From: a virus
IMG/VR virus record: IMGVR_UViG_3300029305_002311
Strand: one strand, 5' to 3'
Length of the DNA: 64,000 nucleotides
In this document: positions 49,511 through 58,402 of the stretch, one piece after another
Position numbering within the stretch: the first letter of the stretch is position 1
How the letters are laid out: each line of letters begins with the position of its first letter
Notes under the pieces: model-generated
What the model was told of the DNA's origin: nothing
Database searches by the model: none
Seen by the model: the letters and a program-made list of their open reading frames with translations, nothing else
Program-made: the position numbers and the translations under genes

Positions 49511-50452
49511 TTAATTTAATGTAGCCTTCCCTGAGAAAGCTGCTGAAAATTTAATAGTAATTTTATTAATTGAATTGTAAATGACTTCTCCTTGGACCTC
49601 AGTGCCTGCAGAGTCTATTACTGATACTGCTGGGTGCTTATTTAGATTGTGAGTTATTTCCCAAGTGTCTGAAGGAGAAGATTGTATATGTAAATAAGTT
49701 TTGTCTCCTGTTCCCTCTAAAGTCACATAATCTGATAAGTTTGAGTTCTTAGCTTGAACATTTAAGTTATCACACCCAAGTAAAAGTTCTCCATTAGTTT
49801 TAACTTCTATTGAAGCAGTGTTTGGTGGATTTGTTGAGTCTTCTCTTCTCGGTAATGCGTAATCTGAAGAGTTCTTCATTATGATTTGTTGTCCAGCTGC
49901 ATCTATTATCTTAAGAGTTTCTTCACCGTCTTTATCATTTATTAAAATAGTAGCTCCCTTAAAAGATTTATATAATACTTGGTAAGCTTCTCCATCTATA
50001 TCAGTAATTCTATCATCAGAATTTATAATAAATGACTTTCCATCAAATGTCTCTTCATTATCATTGTAAGACTTAGAAAAATTACCTATTTTTGTAGGTA
50101 TTCCTCCAAAGTACAATGGCTTATCTGAATCATTAAACTCAAAAGTAACGAATACTCTTGTTCCTTTAGTTGGGACTATAAATTGACCAACATCATTTCC
50201 AGCTCCTGCCATTATAGCTGGCCTAGCCCAAGGAAGAGCTGAATTTTCTAAATAGAATGAATTATTTCTATTACCTCCATGAAGAGATGGTATTCTTATT
50301 TTCACTCTACCAAGTTTTAATGGGTCATTTGTATCTTCAACTATAGCCATATAAAAAGCATTACAATTAAAATCTTTATTTAAACTCTTCTTAAATTCTT
50401 CTCTATTAGTTAAGTCTGAGGATTTAATTCTATTTATTTTTGTATCAAACAA
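49511..50452 (-). CDS. Baseplate hub/spike protein with gp5-type OB domain
   Basis: YMAIVEDTNDPLKLGRVKIRIPSLHG...PWARPAIMAGAGNDVGQFIVPTKGTRVFVTFE. Confidence 0.75.
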   Translation of the reverse strand: MFDTKINRIKSSDLTNREEFKKSLNKDFNCNAFYMAIVEDTNDPLKLGRVKIRIPSLHGGNRNNSFYLENSALPWARPAIMAGAGNDVGQFIVPTKGTRVFVTFEFNDSDKPLYFGGIPTKIGNFSKSYNDNEETFDGKSFIINSDDRITDIDGEAYQVLYKSFKGATILINDKDGEETLKIIDAAGQQIIMKNSSDYALPRREDSTNPPNTASIEVKTNGELLLGCDNLNVQAKNSNLSDYVTLEGTGDKTYLHIQSSPSDTWEITHNLNKHPAVSVIDSAGTEVQGEVIYNSINKITIKFSAAFSGKATLN

Positions 50453-50458
50453 TTATTG

Positions 50459-50818
50459 TCACCTCTCCTTCACACCAAGTCTCTCAGCTAACATTGAGGC
50501 TGGTCTTTGTCTTAAATACCCTTGGTCATTGTACCAATCTGATTTATACCATACATAATCATCGTAAGATACTGGAGTATAAGTAGTTATCTCAGAACCA
50601 TTAGAGTATTTTGTTATTGTATGTAGCTTAATGTCTGTCTCTTTACCATCATTATATGAATAACTTACTTTGTAAGAAACATCTACTACAGTAGTTTCAA
50701 GATTTCCAATGTTCTTAATTAGCTTACAAGTTTGAGTATAACCATCTGCAGAAATATTATCTTCCATACTAGTGATATAATAGCAACCTGATGAATAATG
50801 TCTAGCTCCATTTCCCAT
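50459..50818 (-). CDS. Hypothetical baseplate-region protein
   Basis: ORF track. Confidence 0.5.
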   Translation of the reverse strand: MGNGARHYSSGCYYITSMEDNISADGYTQTCKLIKNIGNLETTVVDVSYKVSYSYNDGKETDIKLHTITKYSNGSEITTYTPVSYDDYVWYKSDWYNDQGYLRQRPASMLAERLGVKER

Positions 50819-50852
50819 AATTACTATATTTACAAAACCACCAGGGTATAGA

Positions 50853-52748
50853 TTAGCTCCTGATTCTCCGCCATACAGTCATTTCTGCAGTAGTAGTTAA
50901 ATTTTGCAGTTCATTCCATGTGCTGTATATCTTCTTTTCAAAAGAAGATGCACTATCTGAACTAGTTATTTGATTAGGACTTATCTGGTATTCCCACCAA
51001 TTTTGATACAATTTAGATTTTTCTTTATCTTCTTCTGATGTGTCTGCTCCTAGTACATTTTCTCCACCTATAGTAAAAATATCGCCACTTATATCATCTA
51101 AGGTAGCTTCATCTACATTAGGTCTTCCTGTAACCTCATCATATAAATTACCAGTCATTGCAAGAGCACCTACATTTCCTGTAGAAAATGATATTATAAT
51201 TGAATCATCTGTGCCATAAGTTAGAGTAGGAGCAGTAGCTGCATTTGCATTATAATCTATATGTTCAAAGTTATGTCCTCTATTATCTACATAATATTTA
51301 AATCCAGAAGATTGTATTAAATAATTCTTACCATATAATGCATTACCAGCAGTGCCAGACTCTACAGTCATTGCATATTTACAAAGTACATTAGTTATAT
51401 ATTCTGCAGCAGTTTCATTCTCTTGTATAACTCTCATTCCAGCAACCCATTGAGTGTCTTCCACATTACCAGTACTAAAGTATGGAGTGTATTTTTCTAT
51501 TGGAGACCCTCCAGTTTTACCAGCATATACTTTCATTATTCTTTTAAATATTCTAGCTGGATTATAATATACTGTTGGAGTTTCTGTAGCATCTCCAGGA
51601 GTTATTTCTGTCTCTTGAGATTTTGTACTTCTTTTAAGACTATAAGTATTTAAATCTTCTCCTAAATCTTTTACTCTATAGAATCTCTTTACATGTTCTA
51701 CGTATTTATCATCACCAAAGCTTGCAGAAAATCCCATCTTTAGTTTATAATCTAAACACCATCTTTGAATAAATGGTTCATTTTTATGATGCAATGTTGC
51801 CCATCTAGCAAAGTTAACTCCAAAATTATAAGCTTGTAATGCTACTTCTACTTTGTTATTAGCAGCATCTAAGCATTCTTTAAAGTATTTAGGCCCCTGT
51901 GCAATACTTTCATCTAATGTAATTGAGTTTGGCTTTTTACCAAGTGACTCACTACATTGAAACATATCAGGTAAATCACTTGGATTTTTTCCTCCAGACT
52001 CTTGTCTTAGAATAGCCATTACTACTGGAAGAAAAGCAGATATACCAAGTTCTTGACATCTAGTAGTTACTCTACTTCTCAGTGATTCTACATTTGAACT
52101 ATTAATAAGGTCTTGTCCAGATTTTGATTTATTAGAAAATAATGACCCAGTAGTATTTTTGCTTGATATATTGGCTTTAGCTAAAGCCTCTGACCCATCA
52201 TCAGGATTTGTATACTCTATATCAGACCCAGGTATACCACTTTTAAATTCTAGCACAGCACACACATTTTCATTATTTATATAATCTGTGTAAAGTTCAT
52301 CAGTTTTTCCTTCAATGCTTCCTTTTCCGTCTACTACCCATTGTCCATCTATAAATTTAGCTTCTCCTACCCACTCTATATTAGCTCTTTCAAACCAATA
52401 TTTTGAAGATTCAGTTGTTCCACTACTGAAAACACCAGTGATTGATATAAGAGTTCCCTTACCAACAAAAGAAATCTGATAGTTCATACAAGTTCCTGAA
52501 AAAGTAACTTTCTTTGTGATATCTTTAGCAGAACAATATTGAACTGAAATAGGAGCTAACTCTTTCTTTTTTTGAAGTAAGTTTTCTAAAGCATAAGCAG
52601 TTTCATCAAAAGCTTCTAAAGTGAATGAATTAGCTGTGTCTCCGATATGCCTTTTTATTTTTAGATTTATAAAATTTTCTTTGCTAATAGTAATTGAGCT
52701 TCCATTTATAGTGACTAATACTTGAATTGCTCCTTGTAGTACTCCCAT
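50853..52748 (-). CDS. Baseplate hub protein with lysozyme/transglycosylase-like domain
   Basis: LPVVMAILRQESGGKNPSDLPDMFQCSESLG...VALQAYNFGVNF. Confidence 0.7.
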   Translation of the reverse strand: MGVLQGAIQVLVTINGSSITISKENFINLKIKRHIGDTANSFTLEAFDETAYALENLLQKKKELAPISVQYCSAKDITKKVTFSGTCMNYQISFVGKGTLISITGVFSSGTTESSKYWFERANIEWVGEAKFIDGQWVVDGKGSIEGKTDELYTDYINNENVCAVLEFKSGIPGSDIEYTNPDDGSEALAKANISSKNTTGSLFSNKSKSGQDLINSSNVESLRSRVTTRCQELGISAFLPVVMAILRQESGGKNPSDLPDMFQCSESLGKKPNSITLDESIAQGPKYFKECLDAANNKVEVALQAYNFGVNFARWATLHHKNEPFIQRWCLDYKLKMGFSASFGDDKYVEHVKRFYRVKDLGEDLNTYSLKRSTKSQETEITPGDATETPTVYYNPARIFKRIMKVYAGKTGGSPIEKYTPYFSTGNVEDTQWVAGMRVIQENETAAEYITNVLCKYAMTVESGTAGNALYGKNYLIQSSGFKYYVDNRGHNFEHIDYNANAATAPTLTYGTDDSIIISFSTGNVGALAMTGNLYDEVTGRPNVDEATLDDISGDIFTIGGENVLGADTSEEDKEKSKLYQNWWEYQISPNQITSSDSASSFEKKIYSTWNELQNLTTTAEMTVWRRIRS

Positions 52749-52759
52749 TCAATCACCTC

Positions 52760-53272
52760 CTATGTTCCCTCTTCTTCTATATAAGTTGCTCCGTAGACTG
52801 CATCTCTAGTTCTTGTTATAGATAAGTCTATAGAACAAGAAGTTATTTCTCCCATCTTAACTAAAGTTCCCCATGACACTCCAACTGAGTTAGTAATACC
52901 ATGAATAGTATAATTTCCAAGTTGAAGAGTTATCTCTGGAGCACTTACTACTCCTGCAGTATAAACTGGGTAAGCCAATGCTTGAAGTGCTCTTACATAT
53001 TCTCTTAAAGAAGAAAATCCACTAGGTATATAATCTTCAGTTAAATTTTTAAGAGAAAGTGTAATTGTTGGAGCTGTAGTACTTGAATATAGTATTCTTG
53101 GTGCTGAAGCTCCAACTATCTCTTGTGTAGAATAGTTAGCAGTTACTGACTCACTAATTCCTTCTGGCATTACAGGAAACGGAATCCTTGTACCAGTTAT
53201 CTCATTAGTTATTCCACTTACAAATCTATCTAAATCATATCTTTTTATTCTTGTAAATTTTTCTTTTTTCAT
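52760..53272 (-). CDS. Putative tail tube/baseplate protein
   Basis: IPFPVMPEGISESVTANYSTQEIVGASAPRILYSSTTAPTITLSLKN. Confidence 0.55.
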   Translation of the reverse strand: MKKEKFTRIKRYDLDRFVSGITNEITGTRIPFPVMPEGISESVTANYSTQEIVGASAPRILYSSTTAPTITLSLKNLTEDYIPSGFSSLREYVRALQALAYPVYTAGVVSAPEITLQLGNYTIHGITNSVGVSWGTLVKMGEITSCSIDLSITRTRDAVYGATYIEEEGT

Positions 53273-53289
53273 ATTAATCCTCCATTAGA

Positions 53290-56200
53290 TTAAAAGTCTG
53301 GGCCAGAAGTTCTAGATTTAGAAAAAGCATCTAGTAACATTTGTTGTTCATCTTGTTTTTTAGATATACTTTCTAAATAAGAGATAAGTTTATTAAACCC
53401 ACCATCTACAGATGATACTATTCTTGTAGCACCAGTATCACTACCACCTACATTTTTCTCAGAGTTTCTAGCTATATTAGCTCCAGGAATAAATCTTCTA
53501 GTAGATGGACTAGCAGCTGCATTCACTAATCCAGAAGAGCTAGAAGCTGAAGAAGTAGCATCTCCAAGTCCTAAGCTTCCTGAACCGCCAAACATATCAA
53601 GAGTAACGTAAGGCCAAGGGTTAATATCATCTGATTCATTATTAGTTTTATTTACTTGGAAGTGTAAGTGAGAACCAGTAGAGTTTCCTGTATTTCCAAC
53701 ATACCCTATTAAGTCTCCTCTATTTACTGTAGCTCCATTCTTTATATTTGCAAATCTAGATAAATGTCCATATCTATTATAGAATCCAGTAGCTTTATCA
53801 TGTATTCTAATTGTATTACCATAACCGCCTTCTGAGCTAGAGAAGTAAATAGTTCCTCCGTGAGCTGCTCTAATAGGAGTTCCAGTGGCTGCTGCAAAAT
53901 CTAATCCTCTATGTCTATCTATTAATCCATCATTATTAACATCTCTATTAGTGTAAGTACCGTAAGCAGAAGTCAAAGACCACCCAGACGGTAATCCCAT
54001 TTCTTTGCCTGCATACCCTACGTCTGTTCTACTTGATACAGTTTTACCAAGAATTATTTTTTGTTGTTTGTTATATAATGAATCTGATTGACCTCCTACA
54101 TTTTTTTCTAATCCTCTATAGGCATTAGCTTCTTTAGCATTTAAAACCATTTCTCCTTTATGTAATAGAGCTCTAAATCCATCTCTTGGAACATACGATA
54201 AACCATTCATTAAATATCTATCAAACCATGCTGTATCTTTTAAAACTGTATCTTTTTCTAGTTGATAGCCACCAGAAGTCTTCGGTGCATATTTCCATAA
54301 GTCATCATTTGATTTTAATTGTTCTATAATAAAACTAGGGGTCCATCCTTCATTCTTAACTACCTCTTTAAGTTCTTCTTCAGTAAACCCAAATTGACTT
54401 AGCATTCCAGCTTTATCAGCTAAAATATAATACAACAATTCTGTTAAGTATTGACCTTGATTTCCTACAAAATATGCATTCTGTCTTTCATTATTTCTAA
54501 TTATATTTAAATAGTTTCTATTATCATGTTCAGCTCCACCAATTCTACCTGCGGTAGTATTCCATAGCTCTGCAAAACCAGTTCCTACAGTCTTCCAAGC
54601 TTGACCGAAGGTTCCAGTACCGTATTTACTATTTACAGCATCTGTACCTTTTAGTTCTTTATACAAATTATTAGTTTGAGCTAATTCATCTTGAGGATTG
54701 TTCATAGCATATTTGTCGCCCTCTTTGCTAACAGCTTTTTTATCAAAATAATCACTTAGTTTACCAATTCCTGCTGTAATAGCAATAGGAGCGGCTACTG
54801 CAGCTGCATATGTAAGACCAGTAGCTAAAGCACCTCCAGAAGCAAGTAATCCTGTAGAAGAAGCTCCACCACCTAACATCTTAGATAATCCAGCGGCTAA
54901 ACCGCCACCGTTTTTCCAACCGCTAATGAAGTTGCCCAATCCTTTAAATAAAGATACAGCTCCAGAAGCTAGATACATTGCAAAAGCAGCATTAGCTAGA
55001 TTCATTGTTCCTTTATAACCTAATATTTGCTCACTCATTAATGATGCGCTATTAGATATTTTTTCCAACATAGTTAATTCTGTAGTGTCTTTTACATACT
55101 CTTCTACATCTTTTGAAGTAGTTTTTAATATACCTGCAATAGCTTGACTTTCTTTTTCAGAATACTGTCCTCCATCAAATCTCTTCATTGCAGAAATTAC
55201 ATCATCTCCAACTACATCAGCAATTCCATTCAATTGTTTTTGCATTAATGCATTTCCTAATGGATTGCTTGATGTCTGGTTAAATAAAGAAGACTTAGAG
55301 AAAGAATCTAACCAAGCATAAATTGCATCTCTTTGACCAGCTTCTGAAGTATTTGTAGTTAAAGTGTTATATAGTCTGCTATAATCAGACCCAAATATAC
55401 TAATCCATCCTTCTGAGCCAGGGTTTGTAATAAAATCATTAAATGCATTTGAAATTGCTTTTGCAGTAGTATCTCCATACATATTAGTAAGCACTGTTCC
55501 CATAGTAGTCATAGCAGCATTTTGAGCTGATATAGCTTTATCACTCATTCCTATAGCATATTTGCTATCAGTACTTCCATAAGCTATGTCAGATAATGCA
55601 GTTAATTGTTCTTGAGATACTCCTAATTCAGACTTTAATAATCCAACTATAGTTCTATTGTGTTTATCTAGCATAGTGTAGTCATTAGTCTGTTTCATAT
55701 ATTTAAATATTGCTTGTTGAGTTTCATCAGATACTCCTAAATATTTATTACCAATAATAGATGCTCTCATCTGTTGCTCTGCAACTTTCTGAGAAGTAAT
55801 ATTATATTTATCTATTTTTTCAAAATAAGCATACATATCATCTGCACTAAATAAATCACCCATCTGTGCATTCATATTTTGTAACTCACTTACTAATGAT
55901 TGACTAAATCTACTATATTGTGAGTCTGAAGTCATTCCAAACTGTTTCATTAATTGATTTCTAGCTGATAATCTACTTTTAGCAGCTTGTTCAGGATTAG
56001 CTATACTTTGAAGATTAAGCATATTAGATAAATCTTTTGTAAAGTTAGCTGCATTCTTAAGAGTTGTAGATAAAGACTTACCTAAATCAGCAGATGTCTT
56101 ATTTAATGTATTTGCAGTGTCTTTCATGTCTTTATTAGTATCATCTGCTATTTCTTTAACTTTATTCATGTAACGCATAGCTTCTTTTAAGCTACCTAAG

Positions 56201-56637
56201 TGTTTTTTATCTGCATCTGACTGAGACTCTTGTGTGCTTTCTAATACATCACTGTAAGCTCTTTGCCCATTTATTAAAAGCTTGTTAGACTCTTTAATAA
56301 GCTTTATAGACTCTTCAAAATCTATATTTCTAGTTTCTTTTACATATTTTAATGTTTTTAGCTGTTCTTCTAATGCTTTCTGTTGTTTATTAAATCTATT
56401 TTGTTCAACTTTGCTTAAATTCTTAGTAAGAGAAGCAATTTCATTGTAATATTTAAGCATTTGTTCTAATTGACCCTTAGTACTGTCTAAGTACCCAGAA
56501 TCTTCTCTATAAAATCTTTCAGAGTAAGCATTTCCTGCCATTCTATTTTGAAGATTTCCAGTCACTCCCATGTTTGGAGTTCCATTAGAACTATATGAAA
56601 TCTGTCCTCCACCAGAATTATTTCCATTAGTTGCCAT
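53290..56637 (-). CDS. Tape measure protein with C-terminal M23 endopeptidase
   Basis: 1115 aa, coiled-coil/TM core, HRGLDFAAATGTPIRAAHGGTIYFSS...GNTGNSTGSHLHFQV. Confidence 0.9.
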   Translation of the reverse strand: MATNGNNSGGGQISYSSNGTPNMGVTGNLQNRMAGNAYSERFYREDSGYLDSTKGQLEQMLKYYNEIASLTKNLSKVEQNRFNKQQKALEEQLKTLKYVKETRNIDFEESIKLIKESNKLLINGQRAYSDVLESTQESQSDADKKHLGSLKEAMRYMNKVKEIADDTNKDMKDTANTLNKTSADLGKSLSTTLKNAANFTKDLSNMLNLQSIANPEQAAKSRLSARNQLMKQFGMTSDSQYSRFSQSLVSELQNMNAQMGDLFSADDMYAYFEKIDKYNITSQKVAEQQMRASIIGNKYLGVSDETQQAIFKYMKQTNDYTMLDKHNRTIVGLLKSELGVSQEQLTALSDIAYGSTDSKYAIGMSDKAISAQNAAMTTMGTVLTNMYGDTTAKAISNAFNDFITNPGSEGWISIFGSDYSRLYNTLTTNTSEAGQRDAIYAWLDSFSKSSLFNQTSSNPLGNALMQKQLNGIADVVGDDVISAMKRFDGGQYSEKESQAIAGILKTTSKDVEEYVKDTTELTMLEKISNSASLMSEQILGYKGTMNLANAAFAMYLASGAVSLFKGLGNFISGWKNGGGLAAGLSKMLGGGASSTGLLASGGALATGLTYAAAVAAPIAITAGIGKLSDYFDKKAVSKEGDKYAMNNPQDELAQTNNLYKELKGTDAVNSKYGTGTFGQAWKTVGTGFAELWNTTAGRIGGAEHDNRNYLNIIRNNERQNAYFVGNQGQYLTELLYYILADKAGMLSQFGFTEEELKEVVKNEGWTPSFIIEQLKSNDDLWKYAPKTSGGYQLEKDTVLKDTAWFDRYLMNGLSYVPRDGFRALLHKGEMVLNAKEANAYRGLEKNVGGQSDSLYNKQQKIILGKTVSSRTDVGYAGKEMGLPSGWSLTSAYGTYTNRDVNNDGLIDRHRGLDFAAATGTPIRAAHGGTIYFSSSEGGYGNTIRIHDKATGFYNRYGHLSRFANIKNGATVNRGDLIGYVGNTGNSTGSHLHFQVNKTNNESDDINPWPYVTLDMFGGSGSLGLGDATSSASSSSGLVNAAASPSTRRFIPGANIARNSEKNVGGSDTGATRIVSSVDGGFNKLISYLESISKKQDEQQMLLDAFSKSRTSGPDF

Positions 56638-56650
56638 TAAGTCTCACCTC

Positions 56651-56887
56651 CTACAATAGTGAACGTTTATGTTCTTTTCTCCATTCTGTAAGATATGTAG
56701 CCAATTCTTTTCTAGAGTAAGAATCTAAAGAATCCGAATATTGAAAAGAAACGCCTAAATCAAGAAGATAGAATTGCTCTTCATAGACTGTATTCAATGA
56801 ATTCGCTATGAAAGCTAAAGTATCTTTGATATTTTCAGGCGTTTCTACAATTTCTTTATTCAGTAGGATGAAAGAACTCTGGGCTAA
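56651..56887 (-). CDS. Overlapping +1-frame ORF, probable frameshift-expressed tail assembly chaperone extension
   Basis: Not in ORF track; reads LAQSSFILLNKEIVETPENIKDTLAFIANSLNTVYEEQFYLLDLGVSFQYSDSLDSYSRKELATYLTEWRKEHKRSLL*; no ATG start; stop is 13 nt before the tape measure start. Confidence 0.7.
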   Translation of the reverse strand, partial: LAQSSFILLNKEIVETPENIKDTLAFIANSLNTVYEEQFYLLDLGVSFQYSDSLDSYSRKELATYLTEWRKEHKRSLL

Positions 56888-57587
56888 TTAACCCAGCTAC
56901 CTCCATTTCCTCACCGCATCTACTACATACTCTTTCATTAGAATTATCTAGACTAAAGTCTAGTTTGCTAATAGCTTTTTGTATTGTGTTTAAATCTCTT
57001 AAGTTTAAGTTATCTACGTAATGTAATTTATCTTCATTGCTTTCGAAGTCTTCGCCGTTTCTAGTCACTATAAGTTCTGATAATTTAAGCAATAACTCAT
57101 ATTCTTCTGGATTTTTTAGTTTACCTTTGCTTACTTTTTGTTTAACTGTTTTTTCTATTCTTTGAGTATCTCCTCTGCTTAATAATTTAAGTTGAAGAGT
57201 ATCTTTATTCACTGGTAATGTTACTGTAAGCTTTTCTTCTATTCCTTCAGTGTCTAATATCTCTACACTCATTTCAGATATATCTATTTCTACAGGCTGT
57301 TTAGTTCCACAATGAGGGCATACAACCTCTTGCATGTATGTATTACCAAAAGTTAACTCTCTTAATGCAAATGTTAGATACATTATATCATTTTGATGTA
57401 GAGTAGTGGTATCTAAATCCTTTGGTTCAATACAACATGATTTGATAAGTCTGTCTAAAAATCCTAAATCTCTAGAAGTATAAAGTAATTTCTCCTCTTT
57501 TGTAGTCATTGCTCTTAATGTAATTTCTTTTGGTCCACCGAAATAACCATTACTTGGTAGCTTAAATGTTTTTTCAAAACTTTCCAT
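56856..57587 (-). CDS. T4 gp26-like baseplate/tail assembly chaperone with zinc-binding Cys pairs
   Basis: LPSNGYFGGPKEITLRAMTTKEEKLLYTS...VVCPHCGTKQPVEIDI...RVCSRCGEEMEV. Confidence 0.7.
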   Translation of the reverse strand: MESFEKTFKLPSNGYFGGPKEITLRAMTTKEEKLLYTSRDLGFLDRLIKSCCIEPKDLDTTTLHQNDIMYLTFALRELTFGNTYMQEVVCPHCGTKQPVEIDISEMSVEILDTEGIEEKLTVTLPVNKDTLQLKLLSRGDTQRIEKTVKQKVSKGKLKNPEEYELLLKLSELIVTRNGEDFESNEDKLHYVDNLNLRDLNTIQKAISKLDFSLDNSNERVCSRCGEEMEVAGLISPEFFHPTE

Positions 57588-57734
57588 AAATTGATTCCTC
57601 CTAAAATTATTCTAATACTTTACTTTAAAATATTCTACATATTTTATTATTCCTCTAATATTATATATAACTAAGCAACAATTTACTATTCTCTTATATT
57701 TCACTAATTATAGCTAACACTAAGATAATAAACA

Positions 57735-57787
57735 ATATAAATGACTTCAGAAAATGTATCTGAAGTCATTCTGGTGCTTTCGTTTTT
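57735..57787 (-). promoter_or_regulatory. Intergenic repeat element E6 forming a 12-bp perfect hairpin
   Basis: AATGACTTCAGA-tacattt-TCTGAAGTCATT at 57740-57770, inside AGCACCAGAATGACTTCAGATACATTTTCTGAAGTCATTTATAT. Confidence 0.75.
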
Positions 57788-57797
57788 ACTATGATTA

Positions 57798-58382
57798 TTA
57801 TTTATCTAAGTCTTCTCTATAAGCGTAATCGTAAGTTATAGTCACAGTTATTTGTTTTTCTCCACCGTCATCATAAGTTAATTCTCCATATTCAACTGAT
57901 GATGGCCAACATCCAACTAGTTTCCAAGTTCTCATTTGCTCACCGTTTGGAGTATACTCTATAACTGTAGCTCTTATTTTATAATCAGCTGCTAATCCCA
58001 TAATACCAGTTTTTGGATTATAAACTCTGTTTCTCCAGTTAAGGAATTGTTTTTCTGTATCATAGTCTATAGCATCTCTTAGAACTAAATTTGTAGTTTC
58101 AAAAGTAGTTCTTCCAGCTGTTTTTATAGTTTGATTAAAGTAGTTAACATCATTTGATTCAGTAGTTTCTTTAGGTAAAGGAAAGTTAACTACCATAAAT
58201 CTTAAATTTGGATTTATATAAGAATTATCTATGTTATCTGGGTCATTTGATGCTTCTGAACTTCCAAAGTATATTTCAAAGTGATTTTTTCTTTGTAACT
58301 GGAATTCTTTTCTATTAAATCTTGTGGCTAATAAGCTTCCATCTGTTTGCATTGTATGTTTATTAGGGTTGTTTTCTGCCAT
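57798..58382 (-). CDS. Tail tube protein (T4 gp19-like)
   Basis: RFMVVNFPLPKE...YFNQTIKTAGRTTFETTNLVLRDAIDYDTEKQFLNWRNRVYNPKTG. Confidence 0.85.
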   Translation of the reverse strand: MAENNPNKHTMQTDGSLLATRFNRKEFQLQRKNHFEIYFGSSEASNDPDNIDNSYINPNLRFMVVNFPLPKETTESNDVNYFNQTIKTAGRTTFETTNLVLRDAIDYDTEKQFLNWRNRVYNPKTGIMGLAADYKIRATVIEYTPNGEQMRTWKLVGCWPSSVEYGELTYDDGGEKQITVTITYDYAYREDLDK

Positions 58383-58402
58383 AATCTATCTAACCTCCTC
58401 TA

